Shown in pieces: positions 44,481 through 52,924 of a stretch of DNA of 64,000 nucleotides (position 1 is the stretch's first letter; every line of letters starts with the position of its first letter). The notes beneath the pieces are model-generated. The model made no database searches and was not told where the DNA came from. It saw nothing but the letters and a program-made list of their open reading frames with translations. Source of the DNA: a virus (taxonomy: Duplodnaviria > Caudoviricetes); the IMG/VR virus record IMGVR_UViG_3300033067_000113, positions 9,199 through 73,198 of that record. One strand, written 5' to 3'. The position numbers and the translations under genes were made by a program.

Positions 44481-45578
44481 ATGTTGGATGCACTAAAAAC
44501 TTTATTCGAGAACAATGTGATTTCTGAAGAGATCCAAGAGTCTATTGAGAAAGCATGGGAATCTCGTGTAAACGAGAACCGTGAACAAGTTTCTCAACAA
44601 CTCCGCGAAGAGTTCGCACAAAGATACGAGCACGATAAGAACGCAATGATTGAAGCTGTTGACAATATGTTATCAGAACAATTAGCTAGCGAACTTGTTG
44701 AATTTGCAGAAGATCGTAAGCAATTAGCTGAAATGAAGGTTAAGTATGCACAGAAGATGAAACAAGATTCTGGCATGTTGAAGGAATTTGTTCTTTCACA
44801 ACTTAAATCTGAAGTTGCAGAATTGCATGAAGATCAAATGGCAATGGCTAGTAAGTTTGGCACATTAGAACACTTCGTAGTGGAAGCTCTAGCTCAAGAA
44901 ATTACAGAGTTTTATAAAGATAAACAGGACTTGGCCGAAACCAAGGTTCGTTTGGTTCGCGAAGGTCGCGAACAACTCAAGCAAGTTAAACAACAGTTTG
45001 TTGAGCGTGCCGCAAAGATGGTTGATCAAGTAGTAAGTGAAAACTTACACACTGAAATCACTTCACTAAAAGAAGACATCGAAGCAGCTCGTCGCGCAGA
45101 CTTTGGTCGCAAGTTATTCGAGGCTTTTGCCGCAGAATACAGCACAAGCTACTTGAATGAAAAATCAGAAACTGCAAAATTACTCAAAGTCATAGACATG
45201 AAAGATTTGGCTATTCAGGAAGCTGCTCAAGCAGTTGTCCAGGCTGAACAAATACTAGAAAGTAAACAAGCAGAAGTCCAGGCTTTGAAAGAAGCACAGG
45301 AAAGAACAAAGATCATGAGTGAACTACTAGCTCCGTTAAACGCAGAGCAACGCAGTATCATGGGTGAATTGATGGAGAGCGTAAAGACTACTAAACTTAA
45401 CGAAAGTTTTGAGAAGTATCTTCCAGCAGTAGTTGCTGGTAAAGCGCCGCAGAAGAAACAGGCACTTGTAGAGGCAAAAGAAATTACAGGAAATAAGGAA
45501 ATTTCCAACAGCGTTCGTAGCAGCGAGGAACAGTCAAACATCGTTGACATCCGTCGCCTCGCTGGACTAAAAATTTAA
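44481..45578 (+). CDS. gp22: Prohead scaffolding/core protein, gp22-like
   Basis: Coiled-coil, Glu-rich 365 aa between protease and capsid. The ATG at 44481 has AAGGAGA upstream and is preferred over 44451. Confidence 0.8.
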   Translation: MLDALKTLFENNVISEEIQESIEKAWESRVNENREQVSQQLREEFAQRYEHDKNAMIEAVDNMLSEQLASELVEFAEDRKQLAEMKVKYAQKMKQDSGMLKEFVLSQLKSEVAELHEDQMAMASKFGTLEHFVVEALAQEITEFYKDKQDLAETKVRLVREGREQLKQVKQQFVERAAKMVDQVVSENLHTEITSLKEDIEAARRADFGRKLFEAFAAEYSTSYLNEKSETAKLLKVIDMKDLAIQEAAQAVVQAEQILESKQAEVQALKEAQERTKIMSELLAPLNAEQRSIMGELMESVKTTKLNESFEKYLPAVVAGKAPQKKQALVEAKEITGNKEISNSVRSSEEQSNIVDIRRLAGLKI

Positions 45579-45590
45579 GGAGAAATTTAA

Positions 45591-46754
45591 ATGTCAGAAC
45601 TACTAAATGGCCGTTGGGCAGAGACTAAAGAGGCCCTATTAGAAGGCCTACAAGGAACAAAGAAATCAGTAATGGGCGTGACTCTAGAAAATACTAAAAA
45701 GTATTTGCAAGAATCTGCTACTGCTGGTGCAACTTCTGCCGGCAACGTCGCAACTTTAAACCGCGTGATTCTACCAGTAATCCGTCGTGTAATGCCAACC
45801 GTTATTGCTAACGAATTGGTAGGTGTACAACCAATGACTGGCCCAGTTGGTCAAATCCATACATTGAGAGTTCGTTATTCAGACAGCTCAAACAATGCTG
45901 GTGTTACTGCTGGTGAAGAGGCATTAAGCCCATTCAAGATTGCTGAAGGCTATTCAGCTGACTCAACTGGTAAGGCTGTTTCTACAGCATCTCTAGAAGG
46001 TCAAGCTGGTAAGCGTATGAGCATTCAAATCTTGAAGCAAACCGTTGAAGCTAAGACTCGTAAGTTAAGCGCTCGCTGGACTTTCGAAGCTGCTCAAGAC
46101 GCACAAGCCCAACAAGGTATCGACGTCGAAGCAGAAATCATGGCTGCATTGGCTCAAGAAATCACTGCTGAAATCGACCAAGAGATCCTAGCATCTCTAA
46201 GCTCACTAGCTGGTTCAGCCGCAGAGACATACAACCAAGCTGCCGTTTCAGGTACTGCTACATTCGTTGGTGACGAACACGCTGCTCTAGCTGTTCAGAT
46301 CAACCGTGTTGCTAACTTGATCGCTCAGCGTACACGCCGTGGTGCTGGTAACTGGGCCGTTGTTAGCCCAACAGCATTGACAATCCTTCAATCTGCTACT
46401 ACAAGCGCATTTGCTCGTACAACAGAAGGTACATTCGAAGCTCCAACAAACACTAAGTTCGTTGGTACATTGAACAACGCAATGAAGGTTTATGTAAACA
46501 GCTATGCTACATCTGACGATGTATTAGTTGGTTACAAAGGTTCATCAGAATCAGATGCAGCGGCATTCTATTGCCCTTACATCCCATTGATGAGCTCTGG
46601 TGTTGTACTAGATCCATCAACTTTCGAACCAGTCGTTTCATTCATGACTCGTTATGGTTATGTTGAGTTGTCAAACACTGCGTCATCTCTAGGTAACGCA
46701 GCTGACTACTTAGGTAAAGTTGGTATCACTACAGCTAACGTCAAGTTCAGCTAA
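45591..46754 (+). CDS. gp23: Major capsid protein, gp23-like
   Basis: VILPVIRRVMPTVIANELVGVQPMTGPVGQIHTLR, VEAKTRKLSARWTFEAAQD, EITAEIDQEIL, FYCPYIPL, FEPVVSFMTRYG. Strong AAGGAG RBS. Confidence 0.96.
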   Translation: MSELLNGRWAETKEALLEGLQGTKKSVMGVTLENTKKYLQESATAGATSAGNVATLNRVILPVIRRVMPTVIANELVGVQPMTGPVGQIHTLRVRYSDSSNNAGVTAGEEALSPFKIAEGYSADSTGKAVSTASLEGQAGKRMSIQILKQTVEAKTRKLSARWTFEAAQDAQAQQGIDVEAEIMAALAQEITAEIDQEILASLSSLAGSAAETYNQAAVSGTATFVGDEHAALAVQINRVANLIAQRTRRGAGNWAVVSPTALTILQSATTSAFARTTEGTFEAPTNTKFVGTLNNAMKVYVNSYATSDDVLVGYKGSSESDAAAFYCPYIPLMSSGVVLDPSTFEPVVSFMTRYGYVELSNTASSLGNAADYLGKVGITTANVKFS

Positions 46755-46782
46755 TCAACTTACCGTAAGGTTAGTTAATACT

Positions 46783-46807
46783 AAAGGGCTCTTCGGAGCC
46801 CTTTCTT
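46783..46807 (+). terminator. Rho-independent terminator after the capsid gene
   Basis: aaagggctc-TTCG-gagcccttt followed by ctt; cUUCGg tetraloop. A GTAA-loop hairpin at 46757-46776 precedes it. Confidence 0.85.
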
Positions 46808-46816
46808 ACGAATGAC

Positions 46817-46822
46817 TAAATA
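46817..46822 (+). promoter_or_regulatory. Late promoter (TAAATA)
   Basis: gacTAAATActatg directly after the terminator. Confidence 0.75.
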
Positions 46823-46830
46823 CTATGTAT

Positions 46831-46888
46831 GACTTACACAGGGTAAGTTTTATGCGGAAATCCAACCGCGTATGGCCTAGAACGCCAT
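46831..46888 (+). promoter_or_regulatory. Structured 5' leader (three abutting hairpins)
   Basis: gacttac/gtaagtt, tatgcgg/ccgcgta and tggc/gcca fill the leader between the promoter and the AGGAGA RBS. Confidence 0.55.
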
Positions 46889-46909
46889 CTTTCTTTAGGA
46901 GAAAATAAA

Positions 46910-47821
46910 ATGGGACGTCCTTTAAATAAAAAATATTTTGGTAACCGCAATGCCGGTACCGCAGTTGCAGGTGATGATGGACTTGGTGGTAATCAAGTAG
47001 CTAGTGTTACACTAGGTACATTAGGTTCATTCACAACACGCCCAACAGTAACATTCAGTGACCCAGATAAAGCAGCTCTTGGTGGTGTAACAGCCACCGG
47101 TACTGTAACATCTGAAGTTCTTAGCGCAGCCGTTACAGTTGCTGGAACTAACTATGTAGTTGGAGATTTGCTAACAGTTACTACCGCAGGCGGATCAGCT
47201 ATTGCGTATGTTGCGTCAGTTGATACAGGCGGTGAAGTTTTAACAGTTAACTTTACAGGTACTGGTGCTAGCCGTGGTAGCTTTGAAGCATTGCCAAGCG
47301 GTGCCCAAGCAACTACAGACAACAGCGTAGCAGGTGCTGGAGCAACATTGACTCTTACATTCCGTGCTAAGGCAGTTGTTATTACTAACGCAGGTTCTGG
47401 TTATACAGATGCAACAGATGCAGCCGCATCATTTACTCAATCAGTAACTGGTACAACAGTATTAGGTACTTCAGCAGTTGTTGGTCAAAACGAAAATGCT
47501 ATTTCTATGGTAGCATACTTGACTGGTGGCTCAGCTGGCGCAGTTGACATCATTCGTCAAGTTAGTACAAATCGTTACAAAGTAACAGACGGTACTCGTA
47601 CAGGTATTGTAGCATTAACATCTACAGAAGCTGACGCAGCCGGCGAAGGTAGTATCCTTGCTACTGACAGCGATGCTGGTACTTACTATGTTACTAAATT
47701 AACTGCTCACAAAGCAACTGTAACTCGTGGCACAGGCACACAATTTGCTACAGGCCAAGCAGTACAGTGGACATTTGATGCCGCTACTGAAGGCGCAACT
47801 GTAAAGATTGCTAACGCTTAA
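46910..47821 (+). CDS. Capsid decoration / outer head protein candidate
   Basis: 303 aa directly after the capsid gene, with N-terminus MGRPLNKKYFG and T/A/G/V-rich beta content. Function is inferred from position. Confidence 0.55.
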   Translation: MGRPLNKKYFGNRNAGTAVAGDDGLGGNQVASVTLGTLGSFTTRPTVTFSDPDKAALGGVTATGTVTSEVLSAAVTVAGTNYVVGDLLTVTTAGGSAIAYVASVDTGGEVLTVNFTGTGASRGSFEALPSGAQATTDNSVAGAGATLTLTFRAKAVVITNAGSGYTDATDAAASFTQSVTGTTVLGTSAVVGQNENAISMVAYLTGGSAGAVDIIRQVSTNRYKVTDGTRTGIVALTSTEADAAGEGSILATDSDAGTYYVTKLTAHKATVTRGTGTQFATGQAVQWTFDAATEGATVKIANA

Positions 47822-47827
47822 TTAGTA

Positions 47828-47847
47828 TAGGGGACTTCGGTCCCCTA
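47828..47847 (+). terminator. UUCG hairpin (weak terminator or mRNA-stabilising stem)
   Basis: taggggac-TTCG-gtccccta, followed only by ctt rather than a U-tract, just before the RBS of 47862. Confidence 0.55.
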
Positions 47848-47861
47848 CTTAAGGATAATAC

Positions 47862-48932
47862 ATGTCAAGAATTTTAAGAGTAAGTGAAGGTGATTACCGA
47901 GTCCAGGTTCAAACTGGGGGTGTTATCACTTTGGATACTGGCACTGAAACCGGTAAAGTTGTTGTAACCGGAGACTTAGAAGTCCAAGGTAATACAACCA
48001 CTGTTAGTACTGCTAACTTGGCAATTGAAGACAACATAATCTTACTTAACAAAGGCGAATCATTAACTCACGCAGGTATTACTGAAGGTACTGCTGGTGT
48101 TGATATTGCACGAGGTTCAAGACCTGTTGCAAAATTAGTATTTGATGAATCAGTACAATGGTACGATCCGGCAACTAGTACACAAGTTACTGGTACATGG
48201 GTATTTAGAACAGGCGGCGCTCGATACGATGCAGACGGCTTGCCAACGGGAACAGTCGACCCAATTAAAACATCAGGTATTCGTGTAGCATCTATTGCTA
48301 ACGACGGTACTTCTGATTTAGTATTTGACTTACAGAATTCAACAAAGGTATTGTCAGTAGCTAACAGTACTAACTATGAAGCTCGAGTAGTGTTAAACAA
48401 CCATATTCCTAATAGAAAATATGTACACGACTATGTAGCAGCCACAGGTGGTGTAGCTGATGTGGATACAATTTATAAAGAAGATGTATACGGTACAGAA
48501 ATGGCCCGTGTTAGAACTAATGCGATTGGTAGTAACGGGTCAGTTACTGTCCTTATCGAAGAAACTCTATTGTGTACATTTGCTTCTTCTGGATTAACAT
48601 TCCAGAATAATATTAATATTAATAACAACACAATTACAAACTTTTCAGTTAACAACTTAACACTATCTGCTCAAGGTAGTGGTATTGTTGAAGTTGATGC
48701 GTTTATGCAATTAGACGATCGTTCAACTATTACAACACCTGATCCGTTATCAGTAGCACTTCCTACAAACTATAGCGGCCCTGTACTATTTTCAAGTACA
48801 GTTCGAGGCTCTGGAAAAACAGGTATATATTTTGTTAGAGAACGATTAGCCGACGACGGCAGTGCAACTGAAGAAGTTAAAGACGAACTAGTTGCAAAGA
48901 ATAGAGCATTACTATTCAGTATGATATTTTAA
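47862..48932 (+). CDS. Virion structural (fibre-like) protein
   Basis: 356 aa. VVVTGDLEVQGNTTTVSTANLAIEDNIILLN resembles the segment VIISGNLTVNGTTTSLATVNLEVEDKNVILG in 1..1603. Confidence 0.6.
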   Translation: MSRILRVSEGDYRVQVQTGGVITLDTGTETGKVVVTGDLEVQGNTTTVSTANLAIEDNIILLNKGESLTHAGITEGTAGVDIARGSRPVAKLVFDESVQWYDPATSTQVTGTWVFRTGGARYDADGLPTGTVDPIKTSGIRVASIANDGTSDLVFDLQNSTKVLSVANSTNYEARVVLNNHIPNRKYVHDYVAATGGVADVDTIYKEDVYGTEMARVRTNAIGSNGSVTVLIEETLLCTFASSGLTFQNNININNNTITNFSVNNLTLSAQGSGIVEVDAFMQLDDRSTITTPDPLSVALPTNYSGPVLFSSTVRGSGKTGIYFVRERLADDGSATEEVKDELVAKNRALLFSMIF

Positions 48933-48941
48933 GGACACATA

Positions 48942-49283
48942 ATGGCAATTTATAACACATCGATTACTACATCGGCAGCAGAATTGAGTAGCGGTTCTGG
49001 TAATCGTGCGATTACTACTGTTATTGTATGTAACACAGCAACATATAACCCAGCAAGTCCAACAAGCGGACTAACATACTTGTATTTGTATGCAGTACCA
49101 AGCGGCGGTAGCGCAAGTAGTCCAGCAACTGAAACTACAATCGTAAACAAGCTGCCTATTCCAGCTGGCGAGACTGTAACATTTGATCAAGAAAAGATGG
49201 TACTAGGTACAGGCGATATGCTAGTTGGTAAAAGCGATAGCCCTGCAAACTTAGTAGTAACAGTGAGCACATTGGCAGTATAA
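48942..49283 (+). CDS. Small structural protein (113 aa), paralogue of 52183..52515
   Basis: Beta-rich, with pattern AITTVIVCN...IPAGET...EKMVLGTGD. Confidence 0.6.
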   Translation: MAIYNTSITTSAAELSSGSGNRAITTVIVCNTATYNPASPTSGLTYLYLYAVPSGGSASSPATETTIVNKLPIPAGETVTFDQEKMVLGTGDMLVGKSDSPANLVVTVSTLAV

Positions 49284-49801
49284 TGAGATACTTAAGACAA
49301 CAGAACATTAATCGTAGAGCGCCGTATGATCAGCGTCTTTATGTAGACATGACTGATAGTATTGTCATGACAACAACTAATAACATGCTTATGCCTAAGG
49401 GCACAACAGCAGAACGCCCTGTAAGTCCAGTTAACGGAATGATTCGTTACAATACTGATATCGTTACAGGCGGCGAAGTTGAAGTTTACCATAGTGGTAC
49501 TTGGAGAAGCCTACGCTTTAAAGAGTCTACAGGTATTACCCAGCAAAACTTAGGTAACGGCGATGCTGTTGAAACATACTTTGGCCCATTAACTCCTACA
49601 CCTCCTACTCAAGTTGCTAGCAATACAACTTGGGGCGGACAAAACTTGATTGTAGTTGTAGAGAATGTGCTTCAAATCTTTAACACTAACTATACAATCG
49701 TGCAAGATCCAGTAGGAAAGCCTACAGGGTATTATATTTCTTTTGATTCCCCAGTACCTTTAGGTAAACCAGTTACAGTACTACACGGTTTCGATCAGTA
49801 A
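49283..49801 (+). CDS. Virion structural protein (172 aa)
   Basis: PKGTTAERP....NGMIRYNTD....EVY..G.W is a fibre-tip motif shared with 49816 and 51106. Confidence 0.6.
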   Translation: MRYLRQQNINRRAPYDQRLYVDMTDSIVMTTTNNMLMPKGTTAERPVSPVNGMIRYNTDIVTGGEVEVYHSGTWRSLRFKESTGITQQNLGNGDAVETYFGPLTPTPPTQVASNTTWGGQNLIVVVENVLQIFNTNYTIVQDPVGKPTGYYISFDSPVPLGKPVTVLHGFDQ

Positions 49802-49815
49802 TCTAAGGAAGCGCC

Positions 49816-50985
49816 ATGTCAAGACAACTTGGTAGAATTAGCGGGCCGTTACTATCAGCAGACTTACAACGACAAGGGGTAGACCTTGCGTTTGAAACTG
49901 ACCTGCTCTACCTTAGTGTTGATGCAGTTGACGGCGGTGGAACACTAGATCCTACTAAGTTTCGTATTGGTATTAACAGCGATGCTATTCCTGTCGACAG
50001 TTCTCTTTTTGTAAACAATACTGTTCGTAGTACAAATTTAATTACTACAACACAGTTTACAGTACCTAATTTTTCTATCACAACAAATACAATCCAGCAA
50101 CTCACTGGTACATTGTATATCCAGCCTAATCAAGCAGACAATCCTACAATTACAGCAGTAGCATTAGGTACTTCAAGATTACGATTTGATAATAACGAAA
50201 TCTTAAATGCTACAACAGATAGTGATATTAACTTTAGTCCAATTGGAACTGGTATTACTAACATTCGTAACAGTGTAGAAGTATTTGGCAGTTTACATGC
50301 TACTGGGAATATTACATGGGATGGTGATATTACACTAGGTAATAGTGCCGACGACAATATTACATTTGCGTCGGATATTAATAGCGACATTGTTCCTAAC
50401 TATCCTCTAGATTTATTATCTACTGAGCTGGGCGATTTTTTAACTACTGAAGATAGCGACTTTATTGTTAATGAAGTTTTAGAATCTTATAATCTTGGTA
50501 GTGCAATTAAAGTATGGAATACTGTTCATTCAAACATAGTAGATACTAGATCAACTTATGCAGAGTTAACAAGTGTTACAACTATGACTGCTGGTAATTT
50601 TGTAGCCAATAGCAACGCTTTAACAAATGCAGTAAGTACAGAACCTATGTATCTTACTCCCAACGGAACTGGACAAGTACTGTTTGACAACAATCTCTAT
50701 ATTCAGGGCAACAACTTTATTAACCAGTTTGATACTCCTTTTACACTTGCTAGTACTGGACAAGGATATGTTAAGTTTACTGGTAATAAAGGTCTTGCAA
50801 TTCCACTCGGCCCAACAGTAGGACCAGAAGGTGCAGAAATCGGCATGATCAGATATAATACTGATCTAGGGTTCGTCCGAGTATTCAACGGCACCGACTG
50901 GATATCTGCCATGGGCAGCTCATCATCTGTCAGCCTAGAAGACACTTACGATACTATGGATATCTGGTCTCTTGTCCTAGGTTAA
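49816..50985 (+). CDS. Virion fibre protein (389 aa), paralogue of 51106..52179
   Basis: GRISGPLL.ADL...LAFETDLLY and C-terminal GMIRYNTDL...VFNG..W. Confidence 0.65.
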   Translation: MSRQLGRISGPLLSADLQRQGVDLAFETDLLYLSVDAVDGGGTLDPTKFRIGINSDAIPVDSSLFVNNTVRSTNLITTTQFTVPNFSITTNTIQQLTGTLYIQPNQADNPTITAVALGTSRLRFDNNEILNATTDSDINFSPIGTGITNIRNSVEVFGSLHATGNITWDGDITLGNSADDNITFASDINSDIVPNYPLDLLSTELGDFLTTEDSDFIVNEVLESYNLGSAIKVWNTVHSNIVDTRSTYAELTSVTTMTAGNFVANSNALTNAVSTEPMYLTPNGTGQVLFDNNLYIQGNNFINQFDTPFTLASTGQGYVKFTGNKGLAIPLGPTVGPEGAEIGMIRYNTDLGFVRVFNGTDWISAMGSSSSVSLEDTYDTMDIWSLVLG

Positions 50986-50998
50986 AAACCCAATCAGC

Positions 50999-51004
50999 TA
51001 AATA
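50999..51004 (+). promoter_or_regulatory. Late promoter (TAAATA)
   Basis: agcTAAATActatac at the start of a 120-nt intergenic gap. Confidence 0.75.
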
Positions 51005-51011
51005 CTATACT

Positions 51012-51097
51012 GCAAAAGTTTGTCCAAAACTTTGCGATATCAAACTGTGGTAAACCGGCAATGTAATCAGGTTAACCGTGAAACACGGGGTATACAG
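51012..51097 (+). promoter_or_regulatory. Structured 5' leader (hairpin plus three-way junction abutting the RBS)
   Basis: Hairpin 51012-51035, then ctgt(51045-48)/acag(51094-97) enclosing aacc/ggtt and ccgtg/cacgg. The SD AGGAG starts at 51096. Confidence 0.55.
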
Positions 51098-51105
51098 GAG
51101 AGCTG

Positions 51106-52179
51106 ATGGCTGTTGGACGAATTTCCGGTCCGCTCTTGAAAGCAAATCTGCTACGCAAAGACTTAATGCCTCTTGCGGAACAGAACTTAGCGTTCGAGAC
51201 CGACCTACTCTATATCGATGTTATTAACGGCCGAATTGGTGTTAAAACAACGGCTCCTGAATACGACTTAGATGTCGCTGGTACAACACGCACATCAAAT
51301 TTAGAAGTAACTACTACTGCAACACTAGCAACATTTACGATTGTTGGCGACACTATTAGTAGCACAAGTTCTAACATTAACCTTACACCTCAAGGTACAA
51401 ATCCAGTAGTTTATCAAGGTACAATTATTGTTGATCAATTAAGCATCAACACTAATACTATTGCTACGACTGGTACAAATACTAATCTAGAAATCACAAC
51501 TACTGGCACTGGCAAAGTAAATTTTAATTCCGATGTTGAAGTGTACGGTGATTTGCACGCTACTGGCACAATTACTGCTGACGGCAACATTCAACTAGGT
51601 AATGCTGATACTGATAACATTGTTTTCAGCGGCGAAGTTAACAGTGATATTTTACCAAACATTGATAACACATACAGTCTTGGATCAACTTTAAAGCGTT
51701 GGTATACTGTATACTCAAATATTAATACTGTTACAACAACAAACAGTACATACTTATACACTGATAATTTTCAAACTACTGGCATAGATATTACTGGTAA
51801 CACAATTACTACTAGAGTTACTAATACTGATTTACACTTGAACACTACTGGCACCGGCGGTGTTAGAATTGGAAACTTGAAGTTTTTAAATAACACAGTT
51901 ACCAATGTTTCAACTAACGCAATTACTGAATTTACAGAAACTGGGTCTGGTTATGTAAGAATTGCTGGTACTAACGGTGTAGTTATTCCAAGCGGTGCAA
52001 GTAATACACGCCCACAAATTGCATTCCAAGAAGTTGGAATGATTAGATTTAATACAGATTTACAGTTAGTAGAAGTGTTCAACGGCAATGCATGGACTTC
52101 TGTTGCAGGTACATCAGGCGGCGTAACATTTAATGACGCAACAGAAATTGGTGTTGCAATGGTACTAACATTAGGATAA
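51106..52179 (+). CDS. Virion fibre protein (357 aa)
   Basis: MAVGRISGPLLKANL...LAFETDLLYIDV.NGRIGV, collinear with 49816..50985. Confidence 0.65.
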   Translation: MAVGRISGPLLKANLLRKDLMPLAEQNLAFETDLLYIDVINGRIGVKTTAPEYDLDVAGTTRTSNLEVTTTATLATFTIVGDTISSTSSNINLTPQGTNPVVYQGTIIVDQLSINTNTIATTGTNTNLEITTTGTGKVNFNSDVEVYGDLHATGTITADGNIQLGNADTDNIVFSGEVNSDILPNIDNTYSLGSTLKRWYTVYSNINTVTTTNSTYLYTDNFQTTGIDITGNTITTRVTNTDLHLNTTGTGGVRIGNLKFLNNTVTNVSTNAITEFTETGSGYVRIAGTNGVVIPSGASNTRPQIAFQEVGMIRFNTDLQLVEVFNGNAWTSVAGTSGGVTFNDATEIGVAMVLTLG

Positions 52180-52182
52180 AAC

Positions 52183-52515
52183 ATGGCAACCCTTTTTAAA
52201 AACAAATTATATTCAGAATTAGGAACAGACAATACAACTGTGCTAACTACTGAATCAAACGCAAAAACAACAGTTATTGGTTTAAGTCTAACTAACCTTA
52301 CAGATAGTATTGTACTAGTTAGTGTACAACTTGAAGATACAATTACTACAGACACTGCATTCTATGCAAAGGATGTGTTAATTCCACCTAATCAAAGTTT
52401 GCGTTTAATTAACGGTGGCGAAAGATTAGTATTAGGGCCGTCAACTAGTGTTAAGATACAATCTAACACACTTAACTCTTTAGACTTAGTAATGAGTTAT
52501 GTTGAGATTGTTTAA
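52183..52515 (+). CDS. Small structural protein (110 aa)
   Basis: TTVIGLSLTN...IPPNQSL...GERLVLG resembles 48942..49283. Confidence 0.6.
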   Translation: MATLFKNKLYSELGTDNTTVLTTESNAKTTVIGLSLTNLTDSIVLVSVQLEDTITTDTAFYAKDVLIPPNQSLRLINGGERLVLGPSTSVKIQSNTLNSLDLVMSYVEIV

Positions 52516-52524
52516 GGATAGATT

Positions 52525-52905
52525 ATGACATATTATGTAGGTAACGAAAACAGTTTAGCAGATTTATTAGGTGCAGGCAATCCTAGATATTTCTATGCGC
52601 TTCGTAGAACAGACGAAGGCGAATTATTCTTTGCAAAGATTGACCAACTTAAAGACACTGACGATGTTATCATCGTCAATGATCCAGGTTTAACTGAAAA
52701 CAGTTACGAAGAGTTTTCATACGGTACTGACTACTTTGATGGTCGCTTAGAAGAAGATCACTCTAGACCGTTTACTAACCTACATTGGGATCAGTATCGT
52801 TGGGACAACAAGAACATTTATTACTACATTAATCCTAACGGAGAGTTTGTAGTCAGAGTAAACAAAGAATATGTTTATTCACCAGATCAAATCGTTAGCA
52901 TATAA
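52525..52905 (+). CDS. Hypothetical (structural-module) protein, 126 aa
   Basis: AGGA RBS and tight operon spacing. Aromatic/acidic composition (RYFYALRRTDEGELF, QYRWDNKNIYYYIN). Confidence 0.65.
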   Translation: MTYYVGNENSLADLLGAGNPRYFYALRRTDEGELFFAKIDQLKDTDDVIIVNDPGLTENSYEEFSYGTDYFDGRLEEDHSRPFTNLHWDQYRWDNKNIYYYINPNGEFVVRVNKEYVYSPDQIVSI

Positions 52906-52924
52906 GCATTAAGGACAAATAAAA

